The notes beneath the pieces are model-generated. The model saw only the letters and a program-made list of their open reading frames with translations, searched no databases and was not told where the DNA came from. This document shows, in pieces, positions 1 to 9,858 of a stretch of 26,010 bases of DNA. The stretch is from NCBI RefSeq assembly GCF_006345805.1, contig NW_021835647.1, positions 1-26,010 on the forward strand. The letters are read 5' to 3'. Each line of letters opens with the position of its first letter. Within the stretch, counting starts at the first letter, position 1. Made by a program: the position numbers and the translations under genes. This DNA comes from Octopus sinensis (taxonomy: Eukaryota).

Positions 1-148
1 AGATAGATAGATAGATAGATAGATAAACTGGCAGATAGCCAGACAGACTGACAAACAGACAGGCTGGCGGACGGACAGACAGACAGATACATACAAAGAC
101 AGATAGGAAGATATATGTATACACACCACACACACACAACACACACAC

Positions 149-192
<44 letters not shown>
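1..192. repeat. Compound microsatellite (GATA)n/(GACA)n-(CA)n-(TA)n-(GA)n
   Basis: Directly visible tandem tetra- and dinucleotide repeats. Confidence 0.95.
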
Positions 193-330
193 GCGGGGAA
201 AGAGAGAGTGACATTTACAAAGCAGGGGGATCTGTGTTTTTGGTGCGCATTATATCAATATTTATATTTGTGGGGTTATATTTAATGCAATTGTCATTTA
301 TATGTGTTTCATACATGTTTATACTTGCAA

Positions 331-695
331 TGTGGAGGCGTTATGGCCCATTGATTCGTAAGATCGCGGTTTCGATTCCCAGACCGGGCGTTGAGAGTAT
401 TTATTTAGCGAAAACACTTAAAGCTCCACGAGGCTCCGGCAGGGAGTGGTGGCGAGCCCTGCTGTACTCTTTCACTACAACTTTCTCTCATACTTTCTTC
501 CTATTTCTGTTGTACTTGTATTTCAAAGGAGCCAACCTTTTCACACTCTTTGTCACGCTGAATCTCCATGAAAACCACATTAAGAGTGGACGTGTCTGCA
601 GAGTGCTCGGCCACTTGCCCGTTAATTTCACGAGCAGGCTATTCCGCTGATCGGATCAACTGGAACCCGGGCGCCGCAACCGACGGAGTGCCACC
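331..695 (+). mobile_element. tRNA-derived SINE, type A-alpha (possibly the octopus OR1/OR2 group), with part of the tRNA head deleted
   Basis: Starts TGTGGAGGCG, carries a B-box-like GGTTTCGATTCC, and is colinear with the copy at 1834-2222. A perfect 10-bp TSD ATACTTGCAA lies at 321-330 and 696-705. About 19 nt of the tRNA head (AGGGCAGCGGACTCGCGGT) is missing. Confidence 0.9.
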
Positions 696-874
696 ATACT
701 TGCAATAAAATAGTACTATCGGGAGCCAAACACTAAATTAATATTACTTAGTCGAGAACCGGAATTTAAAGGGATTTTGAGGCTTATAGGAAACTTTACG
801 GTCTGATAGGTTAAATCATCAATTTGCCTTATTCGCCCTCTACTTTCCGTGGTGTGAAATTGGTGGAAAAGAGT

Positions 875-1060
875 TGTAGTCAAACGAGTCGGCCCAGTAC
901 TTATCTTTTTAAGCCAGCTACTTATTCTATCGATTACGGTTTGCCAAACCGCTAGTCTACAAGGTCGTGAGCTAACAAACACTGTTTTTCAAGCGGTGGT
1001 TGGGGAGAATCACGAAGACAAAGATATACACACACCCACACACACATATATTTATACATA
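875..1060 (-). mobile_element. Old, diverged fragment of SINE type C (3' half)
   Basis: CCCAGTACTTATC...TACTTATTCTATCG...TTTGCCAAACCGCTAG matches the young C copies (e.g. 2763-3166) with many substitutions. Confidence 0.7.
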
Positions 1061-1250
1061 CATACACACAGGCATACATACACCGCGCATTCTCGCGCAC
1101 ACACATATATATGTATACATACATACATATATACATACATACATACATGCATTCATACATATATACATATTGTTGTATTTCGGGATGGTCTTTTTTTTGC
1201 CAATTAAACACACGCACTATATATATATAATATATATATATACACACATA
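1030..1250. repeat. Compound (CA)n/(CATA)n/(TA)n microsatellite
   Basis: Visible tandem repeats; the source of several spurious ORFs. Confidence 0.9.
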
Positions 1251-1302
1251 TTTTTCACTTGTTTATTACTGTTCTTATTTTATTATTTTAACTGGTGTCC
1301 AT

Positions 1303-1347
1303 TGTCCGGAAATCTTTCGTCTTTCGTCTGTGACCTCTTCAGCGACA
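1303..1347 (-). ncRNA. Degenerate type I hammerhead ribozyme (Penelope-like pLTR type)
   Basis: The minus strand reads TGTCG-CTGAAGA-GGTCACAGAC-GAAA-(GACGAAA)-GATTTC-CGGACA. It has a CUGANGA core, a GUC/GAC stem II, GAAA, a minimal stem III and a stem I (TGTC-G/CGGACA) with one bulge. AATAAA lies about 15 nt downstream on the minus strand. Confidence 0.55.
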
Positions 1348-1423
1348 CTTTTCGTCTTTGCGTGTGATCTTGCTCCACTTACTCCATTCTGTTCTTGTAA
1401 GATGTGTAGAAGGATATATCTGT

Positions 1424-1434
1424 ATACACACACA

Positions 1435-1483
<49 letters not shown>

Positions 1484-1591
1484 GTTGTGTGTGTGTGTGT
1501 GTATGTGTGTATGTATTATGTATGTATGTATGTATGTATGTATGTATGTATGTATGTATGTATGTATGTATGTATGTATGTATGTATGTAT
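1424..1591. repeat. (CA)n-(TG)n-(TATG)n microsatellite
   Basis: Visible tandem repeats. Confidence 0.95.
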
Positions 1592-1833
1592 ACCGACATC
1601 CGTATGGAAAAGTTACTGCAGAGCTATCAAACAATCTTGTGCTTTCCTTTTTGATTTATAAAACATTTCCGCAGTTTGTCTTCATGGATATCCGTACTTC
1701 ACTGGATTTTCGAATTTTGCTGTGTGTGCTCGTACTTTCTCCTGGATGTTTATACATTTCGGTTGATGGACATTTACTCAAGAAAATGTTTTAAAATTTC
1801 CACGTACGTTATTCTCGATTTTTAGTTATTTGA

Positions 1834-2222
1834 TGTGGAAGCACTCCGTCGGTTACGACGATGAGGGTTCCGGTTGATCCGAATCAACGGAACAGCCTGC
1901 TCGTGAAATTAACGTGTAAGTGGCTGAGCACTCCACAGACACGTGTACCCTTAACGTAGTTCTCGGGGATATTCAGCGTGACACAGAGAGTGACAAGGCC
2001 GGCCCTTTGAAATACATGTACAACAGAAACAGGAAGTAAGAGTGAGAGAAAGTTGTGGTGAAAGAGTACAGCAGGGATCACCACCATCCCCTGCCGGAGC
2101 CTCGTGGAGCTTTTAGGTGATTTCGCTCAATAAACACTCACAACGCCCGGTCTGGGAATCGAAAACGCGATCCTATGACCGCGAGTCCGCTGCCCTAACC
2201 ACTAGGCCATTGCGCCTCCACA
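1834..2222 (-). mobile_element. Full-length tRNA-derived SINE, type A-alpha
   Basis: The minus-strand head TGTGGAGGCGCAATGGCCTAGTGGTTAGGGCAGCGGACTCGCGGTCATAGGATCGCGTTTTCGATTCCCAGACC has A-box and B-box motifs. A 9-bp TSD with one mismatch flanks it: GTTATTTGA (1825-1833) and GTTCTTTGA (2223-2231). Confidence 0.92.
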
Positions 2223-2324
2223 GTTCTTTGATACTTAGGATTTGTAAAGCATGTTACCAATTTTTTCGTGGCGTACAACTAACCAAGGTCACAACATTCC
2301 CTTGAATGGAACACTAGGCCATTG

Positions 2325-2400
2325 TAGGTTTCAAGGCCAGTAAATTTGATTAGAAGTGACAAGTCGATTACATCTTCCAGCAGTGGTGAACTGGGTCTAA
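2325..2400 (-). mobile_element. Eroded 3' remnant of SINE type D
   Basis: CAAGGCCAGTAAATTT...AGTCGATTACATC resembles the D tail at 3520-3575. Confidence 0.45.
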
Positions 2401-2607
2401 AACTACAAGGGGGCACAACTATAATCTTTTTTTTTTTTTTTTGTTAAAAGTATTCTTTTCAACTGTCTACAAACACAGCCAGGCTGATATAATGTATTAT
2501 TTAGATACTAACATGGGACCCCATATATAGATTCTAATGGCGTAGGGGCCCACTTGCCATCGAGCAAGCTGGCAACCTGGCAACCTGGCCAGTCCGCCAC
2601 TGTCTCC

Positions 2608-2760
2608 CAGTACTTGACTGGTCCTCTATTTTATGAATCCCGAAGGGATCAAAGGTAAAGTTGTCCAAAGCAGGATCCGAACTCAGAGCATAAAGAGCTG
2701 AAAGAAATGCTTCTAAACATTTTGTCCGGCATCCTAACGATTCTACTAACGCGCCGCCTT
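2608..2760 (-). mobile_element. Diverged SINE type D (5' part)
   Basis: Colinear with 3509-3714: AAAGGTAAAGTT...GAACTCAGAGCATAAAG...CTAACGATTCTACTAACGCGCCGCCTT. Confidence 0.75.
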
Positions 2761-2762
2761 AT

Positions 2763-3166
2763 ACTTTACTCTTTTACTTGTTTTCAGTCATTTGACTGCG
2801 GCCATGCTGGAGCACCACCTTTAATCGAGCAACTCGACCCCGGGACTTATTCTTTGTAAGCCCAGTACTTATTCTATCGGTCTCTTTTGCCGAACCGCTA
2901 GGTGACGAGGACATAAACACACCAGCATCGGTTGTCAAACAATGCCAGGGGGACAAACACAGACACACAAACATACACGCACAAACATATATATACATAT
3001 ATACGACAGGCTTCTTTCAGTTTCCGTCTACCAAATCCACTCACAAGGCTTTAGTCGGCCCGAGGCTATAGTAGAAGACACTTGCCCAAGGTGCCACGCA
3101 GTGGGACTGAACCCGGAACCATGTGGTTGGTAAGCAAGCTACTTACCACACAGCCACTCCTACGCC
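2763..3166 (-). mobile_element. Full-length SINE type C (subfamily C2)
   Basis: Minus strand: a tRNA-like head GGCGTAGGAGTGGCTGTGTGGTAAG...GGTTCCGGGTTCAGTCCC, then CACCTTGGGCAAGTG (reminiscent of the CORE-domain start), an internal TA/TG microsatellite and an (AAAGAGT)n tail. At least 10 related copies or fragments occur in the window. Confidence 0.93.
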
Positions 3167-3508
3167 TATTATATATTTTCCCATATATATTTTTTAATTC
3201 GATGCGGATGTTCGTACTTTTACTCCGATATTCACATTTCGTAGTCTCAAATATACAACACAGACGAGGTGCTAGAATAGTGCTCATCAGCCCTTATAGT
3301 CTCTCTCTGACCGATGAGAAGGAGGGAGAGAAGCAAATATTCTCGAATCTGAAACCTGGTCCCAATATTTGCAGCAGTAAATTCCGGTAAAAACATCTAA
3401 GTTGCCAGGAGGTGGTGTGAAGCCGATCGACCTGAGTAATAGCCAGATTTGAACACAGAAAGCAATTCACCCATAAATAGATTGCACGCATTCACCCATA
3501 AATAGATT

Positions 3509-3714
3509 TCAAACTTTGGCACCAGGCCAACAATTTTGTGAGACAGGACAATTCGATTACATCGACCCCAGTGGTCAGTTCGTGTTTATTTCATCAACCC
3601 TGAAAGGATGAAAGGCAAAGTCAACCTCGACAGAATTTGAACACAGAACATAAAGACGGATGGAAAGCCGCTAAGCATTTTACCAAGCGTGCTAACGATT
3701 CTGCCAGCTTGCTC
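3509..3714 (-). mobile_element. SINE type D, tRNA-headed, with a Nin/Deu-like central motif
   Basis: Minus strand: CTGGCAGAATCGTTAGCACG (A-box-like), TGTTCAAATTC (B-box-like), then GTTGACTTTGCCTTTCATCCTTTCAGGGTTGATGAAATAA, which I recall as similar to Nin/Deu-domain SINEs. The domain name is unverified. Confidence 0.75.
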
Positions 3715-3717
3715 TCT

Positions 3718-3760
<43 letters not shown>

Positions 3761-3770
3761 CCTCTCTCTC

Positions 3771-4168
3771 TACTCTCTTTTACTTGTTTCAGTCATTTGA
3801 CTGCGGCCATGCTGGAGCACCAACTTTAGTCGAGCAAATCGACCCCAGGACTTATTCTTTGTAAGCCTAGTACTTATTCTATCGGTCTCTCTTTTGCCGA
3901 ACTGCTAAGTTACGAGGACGTAAACACACCAGCATATGTTGTCACGCGACGTTGGTGGGGGGGGATAAGACACAGACACACAAACACACACATATATACA
4001 CATATACATATATACGACAGGCTTCTTTCAGTTTCCATCTACCAAATCCATTCACAAGGCCCATGGCTATAGTAGAAGACAGTTGCCAAAGGTGCCACGC
4101 AGTGGGACTGAACCCGGAACCATGTGGTTGGTAAGCAAGCTACTTACCACACAGCCACTCCTGCTGCC
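3771..4168 (-). mobile_element. SINE type C (subfamily C1) with a 10-bp internal deletion
   Basis: Colinear with 2763-3166; TTTGGTCGGC is missing near 4060. It is preceded by (CT)n at 3712-3770. Confidence 0.92.
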
Positions 4169-4315
4169 CTAATTCACCCACATATAGACATGCTATGCAA
4201 CCTTATGCACAAAGATGCAGAAACGCACACGTAAAAACTCGCATATGCAAACATGAAAGTGCACACAGATACTGATATGCGAGCAAGTGTATGTATGCAT
4301 ATGTATGTCTATTTG

Positions 4316-4322
4316 TCAGTCA

Positions 4323-4370
<48 letters not shown>
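4316..4370. repeat. (TCTG)n microsatellite, possibly the tail of the adjacent RTE fragment
   Basis: Visible tandem repeat directly 3' (minus strand) of the RTE-like fragment. Confidence 0.9.
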
Positions 4371-4660
4371 TTGTGCAGTGCTCGGATTCTGAGAGTTCAG
4401 CAGGACACAGTCGCACAAAGTTCATAGTTCGATGTTTTGCCGTGTCGTCTGACGTAGGAATTCAACCCTTCCAGGGATTTGCTGATCCGGTCGCAGACGT
4501 TGCACTAGAGGTCCCCATCATTTGGGATGTAGACTGGACTCGGCTCTATGCGGGTTTTTTTTTTTCTTTCTCTTTCGTGGTGTGGATCCTGAATGGACCC
4601 TGAATGCCTCAAAGTCGAAGGTGGGTTTATAGCGAGAGCTTCGCCACTGTGTACGTTTAT
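4371..4660 (-). mobile_element. Degenerate 3' end of an RTE-clade (BovB-like) LINE ORF with a C-terminal C2H2-like finger
   Basis: Minus-strand translation: KRTQWRSSRYKPTFDFEAFR...RKRKK, then L*CNVCDRISKSLEGLNSYVRRHG. This resembles the RTE C-terminus (R..WR....FE..R...KR..RK followed by C..C.R...S..GL.SH.R.H). Stops and frameshifts are present. Confidence 0.55.
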
Positions 4661-4661
4661 C

Positions 4662-4931
4662 TTTTACCTTTTACTCCAATCATTAGACCACGACCATGCT
4701 GGGGCACAAACAAGTAGGATCTCAGTCGAACGAATCGACTCCAGTAATTTTTTAAGCCTGGGGGTTTATTCTATCGTTTTCTTTTGCCGAACCGCTAAAT
4801 TACAGGGACGTAAATAAACCAGCACCGGTTGTTAAACGGTGATGGGGGACAAACACCGATACAAAAATACATTCACACGCACACACATACACACACACAT
4901 CTCTGCATGTATGTGTGTGTATGTATGTATG

Positions 4932-4962
<31 letters not shown>

Positions 4963-5102
4963 ACAAGGGCTTTCAGTTTCCGTCTGCCAAAGCCACTCAC
5001 AAGGTCTTGTAGTCGGCCTGAGGATGTAGTGGAAGATACTCAGCTAAGGTGCCACGCAGAGGGACTAAACTCGGAAACATCTCGCTGGGAAACAAACTTC
5101 TT
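4662..5102 (-). mobile_element. Old SINE type C copy with an expanded internal (TATG)n
   Basis: Colinear with the young C copies but diverged; the internal microsatellite at 4870-4965 is expanded. Confidence 0.85.
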
Positions 5103-6074
5103 GCACACACAAACACACACAGACATGCATTACAATGGGGATTTTTTATACGACAGGTCAGTGGATAAGTTGTTAAGAGAAAGACGTTTATTTCAATTGC
5201 TTGCTCTTTTGACACCGTGCTTAAAGATAAAAGCAAAATGTTACCCTTGAAATTATACTACATTTCGCTCAGTGTTAGTCCTGGATGCGTAGATAGCGGC
5301 AGGCAGGATTTGAACTAAGAAAAAAGTATGATAATAACACTCTTATCTGTTAAACCACACAGGATGGTCGTAATATCCTAAGGTTAACAATCTATTATTT
5401 TCAATCCGAAATTCAAGGGGAAGTCTATTACTGCTGTTGCTACTGCTGCTGGTATTTCTGGAGGTGTCCATACGTCAGCAGCAATGGAATTGTAATATAA
5501 GAGTATTCTAGAGTGGGGTGAGGGTTTCGTGAGTTCGAAATGCCCTGAGGTATTTAGACAATCTGTTTATCGTGAAGAAGAAAGAGAAAGTGATGTCGCT
5601 TCAGTAGCAAAAAAATGTTGGATAGCTTGCAACCAAAGCGACAGCATTTCCTTTATGTTTTCACGCGAAGATGAAGTACAAAACCCGAAATGTTAGACAC
5701 CCAACTCCTCATCAGAATTAAAAATATCCATCTCTCCTACGATCGATTTTGTAGATGCTGTTACTTGAAATCTATTGACTTCGGAATCATTAAAGGTAGA
5801 GGCAGAGTTTGTGTTCAGAATGTGAAGGAAAGTAACTATTATGTTCCAAAATGTTTTTTTTTTACCGAGATCCCACTGACATTGCCTTCCACCGCTACAC
5901 TTCTAGTTATTTCTAGCAGCACGTTTATGCCTATATCAACGTAGTTTTGCACTGAGTTATAAAACAGAACATAGGTACTGCATCAAGGACTTATAAACAG
6001 ATGTTTCTACTGACACAAGCCAGCAATCGACACGACGAAAAGACAGAGGTCACTGGAAGCTCTCAAAAGGAAAT

Positions 6075-6591
6075 ACATACACATACATACATACATACGT
6101 ACATACATACATACATACATACAAACATACAAACATACAAACATACATACATACATACATACATACAAACATACATACATACATACATTTTTTATGGCTT
6201 CCCCCTCGTTATCGAGTATGGCCATTGCACGAAGCTTAACTGTTATTGATGCTGTGATCGAATGTATACATACATGCATACATACATACATACATACATA
6301 CATACATGCATGCATGCATGCATACATACATACATACATACATACATACATACGTACGTACGTAGGTACATACATACATGCATGCATACATACATACATA
6401 CATACATTAATACATTCATACATACATACATACATACACATACATACATACATACGTACGTACATACATACATACATACATACATACATACATACATACA
6501 TCATACGTACGTACATACCCATACATACTACTACATAAATACATACATAATACATATAATACATACAACATACATACATACATAAAATACA

Positions 6592-6622
<31 letters not shown>

Positions 6623-6650
6623 CATCACAAATACATACATACAAACACAC
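6075..6650. repeat. Long imperfect (CATA)n array
   Basis: Visible ~575-bp tetranucleotide array with CATG and CGTA variants. Confidence 0.95.
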
Positions 6651-6814
6651 ATTGACACGCATGCAAACAAGTATACAGAGGCAATGATTTTTGTGTAGAC
6701 GTATTAAATGAAATGACCAATTTACAAAAAATAATAGAAAGTAGACGATGAGAAGAAAAAGCAATATTGATATTTCTCGATGTTTCTACATTATATATAC
6801 TTATATGTATATGT

Positions 6815-6820
6815 GCATGT

Positions 6821-6869
<49 letters not shown>

Positions 6870-6951
6870 CGTGTAGATAGGTAGATAGATAAATACATAA
6901 TTCAAGGATGGATAAATGTACATATATATGTTTATGTACACACACACACAC

Positions 6952-7018
<67 letters not shown>
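6815..7018. repeat. (TG)n...(CA)n-(TA)n microsatellites
   Basis: Visible. The (TG)n at ~6818-6865 and (CA)n at ~6938-6985 are mutually inverted. Confidence 0.9.
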
Positions 7019-7021
<3 letters not shown>

Positions 7022-7471
7022 ATGTAACAAACGAAGAGAAGAATTCCTTTAATTCACTGGTACGTCAGTCGAATACCACAGAAATAGGGGTATAAATACA
7101 AAACGCAAACAATAAATTAAATAGAAAAATACAATCGACAATCTAACAATTTATTTATATCATAATATAATATAATATAATACAATGTAATATAAATATA
7201 ATATAATACAATATAAGACGTTAAAAAAAAACCAACAATTTGTTTCGACTTATATACAAAATTTAATTTATAAACAATTCATATCCATGTGTACAAGTCT
7301 CTTGTACACATGACTCAAAAGACAGATGAAATTCTATGTAAAAGGACTGCCAGGCTGCAAAATATTGATTCAAAATACCAATGCTTAGGAGCGTGAGCGT
7401 TAACTATTCAAATATATAATGTATATATGTATGCATTTATATAGGTATATATGTATTATGTTTATGTGTAT

Positions 7472-7564
7472 CTTACAAAGAATATGTCCAAGGGTCGATT
7501 TGTTCGACTAAAGGCGGTACTCCAGCATGGCCGCAGTAAAATGACTGAAACAAGTAAAAGAATA
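7472..7564 (+). mobile_element. 5'-truncated SINE type C (3' tail only)
   Basis: TTACAAAGAATATGTCCAAGGGTCGATTTGTTCGACTAAAGGCGGTACTCCAGCATGGCCGCAGTAAAATGACTGAAACAAGTAAAAGA matches the C tail. Confidence 0.88.
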
Positions 7565-8089
7565 TATATATATATAATGTGTGTGTGTGCGTATGTGTTT
7601 ATATACCGGCAAGAGTGATCACCTACATTTAGCTGAATCAAGGTGTTACTCTCCTACCAAATAGTAATGCCAAATAGTAAAATATTCCGTATGTAGTGAT
7701 TGAAACTAAGAAGCAGGCTGCTATTTTAGTGCCCCACCTGACCTGCCGTCTGGTGACTATAATGTTGATAGTTATTCTAGTCACAAAATTCCTAGTGGGG
7801 TGAACCATAACATAGTGATCAATAGCTTTGGTATTCGTAATGATAATGGCAGCACGAATCAGGTAAACAAAGTCTTTATTAGCGACCATGGTAATTACGT
7901 AGGCATTAATAGTAATACTCACGATATCAAGCAATAAGAATTAGCAATAAGAATTAGCAATAAGAATTGTAATTGTCGCAATAAAACTTATTGCCTACTA
8001 AGAGGAGCATGTTTGACTTAAAAATATAGTTTATTAATGTATTATAATATCTAATATTAATATATTTTCCTACATAGGCTGTTCTTGTA

Positions 8090-8345
8090 TCTTCATTTCG
8101 ACACGAACACAAGGCCAATAATACCATATTATCTATGAAAATTTGGCATCATAAGGACAATAATGTTAAATTTGATATTATATGGAACATCATTCATAGG
8201 GCTCAACCGTATTCTAATAACAGATATAGATGCTGAGCTATACGAAATATTAAAGAATAAAGATAATAAGAATTTACTTAATAGTAGATCGGAAATTCGA
8301 TTATCGTGTAATCACAGAATTCGTCGTGCATTTGAATACTTTAAA
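8090..8345 (+). mobile_element. Penelope-like element fragment (C-terminal part of the GIY-YIG endonuclease), degenerate
   Basis: Translates to SFRHEHKANNTILSMKIWHHKDNNVKFDIIWNIIHRAQPYSNNRYRC, then after a frameshift ELYEILKNKDNKNLLNSRSEIRLSCNHR. This matches the recalled PLE pattern T.LS..IW.LK.....I.W.I...A.PY......C...E...IL....LLN.RSE....C.H. Confidence 0.7.
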
Positions 8346-8483
8346 CAGGTTACAGAATCCTCTAGTTCTTGAGTGTTTAACCACACCCTATTCTTTTGCA
8401 CCTCCTATCCATACCCTTCAAGCATAATTATTTGCGTGTTAATAATGTAGTGTATTACCTCGCCTCTCTGACCTCTCTCCCCA

Positions 8484-8672
8484 TGTTGAGGTGATAGATA
8501 TTAGCACATCTGTGTGTATAAAAGATGGACACGTCGGAATGTTTATTGTTGATGACGACAGAGGGCATTTTGGAGTCTCGCGTTTTTGACAGTAAATAAA
8601 GTACGTCGTGTGAAAATATTGCTTTACCTCCGCTTCGTTAAATCATATATCCAAACGTTTAGGGATATGAAA
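8484..8672 (+). repeat. 5' LTR of the Gypsy element
   Basis: Starts TGTTG, contains TATAAAA and AATAAA, and ends immediately before the PBS. Confidence 0.75.
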
Positions 8673-8749
8673 GTGGCGACGAGATAATCGAAACTTGCAT
8701 CAGATGTTAAAATTCTTTTGGTACAAGATCAAAGAAAAAATCGTTAACA

Positions 8750-9858
8750 TGGAAGGCTTATTGACTTGCATAGTGCAATTGCAACAGCAACAACAGCTGT
8801 TGCAACATTACCAATAACAGTAACAACAACAGTTACTGGAATAAATGTGAGAAGTCTGAAAATACTTTAGGTTCGTTCTCGCCATACGGCGTAGCAAACT
8901 CAGTTGGAGAATTCATTTATAACCCAGAAGAAGGTGCTAGTTTTTCTGCATATTTTCGAAGATACGATGAAAACCTCCAAAGAAGAATGTAAAAATTGAA
9001 CTGCTGAGAAAAAGGTGTGACTACTTTTAAGAAAGTTATCCCCTGCCAAACACGAAAACTCCTACCAAAGAAACCAGGTGAGATTTGTTTCAATGAAACA
9101 ATTTTTCATCGAAATTTTCAGTGAAAAAACGTTCCCTGTTCAATACTCTGTCAGTGTTTAAATTTAGCTAAAAGAAAAAGAAGATGGGTTTGTTAACAGA
9201 GAGTGTGAAAAATTCAAATTAAATTAATTAACCCCAGACATGTTCAAATGTCTAATTTTTGTTTAAAGGCTAACTGCAAGCAAAGATGTAGATATACATT
9301 CCTGTATATCAAGAAAATTATAACAGGACCAAAAATTAACTCTATAGGCAGTGACTGAAGAATGTCAGATGATTATAAATTTAAGCCATGACGCGGATAA
9401 AATAGAAGAAAAAAATTGCTCTCATATACATGCGTGTCGACCTGAAACGGACAAAAAAAAGAAACACGAGTGTCAAGACCCAATCCATGCTATGGGTGCG
9501 GAGGTTTACATTTTATAGGTAATTTTCCTTTTAAAAATCTAAAATGTTTTGAGTGTGGAAAAATCGGACGTAAAAGCTCACATTGTAGAGCGAAACTACA
9601 AATATTGTGGAAGGAATGTATTGTGAACAAAGATTCTAAGCAAGGCTCAAAAGACAAAATTTATGTCCATAAAAATGAATACTGTGCGTATGTGAAGTTA
9701 AAGTTGGATACGGGCAGTGATACCAGGATAATTAACTTAGATACATGGAGAAAAATAGGGAAACTTATTTTAAAGGAAACTTCGAAAATTGCGCGAGGTG
9801 TTTCTGGAAAAAATTGGTGTTACATTTCGTGGAAAAACTTTGAAAGCCAAAATTTTTG
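8750..9858 (+). pseudogene. Disrupted Gypsy gag-protease
   Basis: Starts MEGLLTCIVQLQQQQQLL at ~8750 and has multiple stops and frameshifts. The track ORF 9470-9877 covers the Zn knuckles and the DTGS motif. Confidence 0.85.

Noticed and set aside
234-650. 138-aa ORF, and the similar ORFs at 1884-2087, 23387-23872, 25045-25501 and 13599-13985
   Set aside because: They lie within SINE copies; the recurring peptides ([32 protein letters not shown]) reflect SINE sequence, not genes.
2150-2222. tRNA-like sequences (also near 24850-24919, 15375-15435 and 23354-23430)
   Set aside because: These are SINE heads without a complete acceptor stem and are attached to repeat bodies, so they are not tRNA genes.
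5640-5720. CTGATGAG on the minus strand (~5706-5713) as a possible hammerhead core
   Set aside because: No convincing stem II closed by GAAA, and no stem I or III.
8446-8483. Alternative 5' LTR start at TGTAGTG (8446)
   Set aside because: No matching TSD; the start at 8484 gives a 4/5 TSD (CCCCA/CCTCA).
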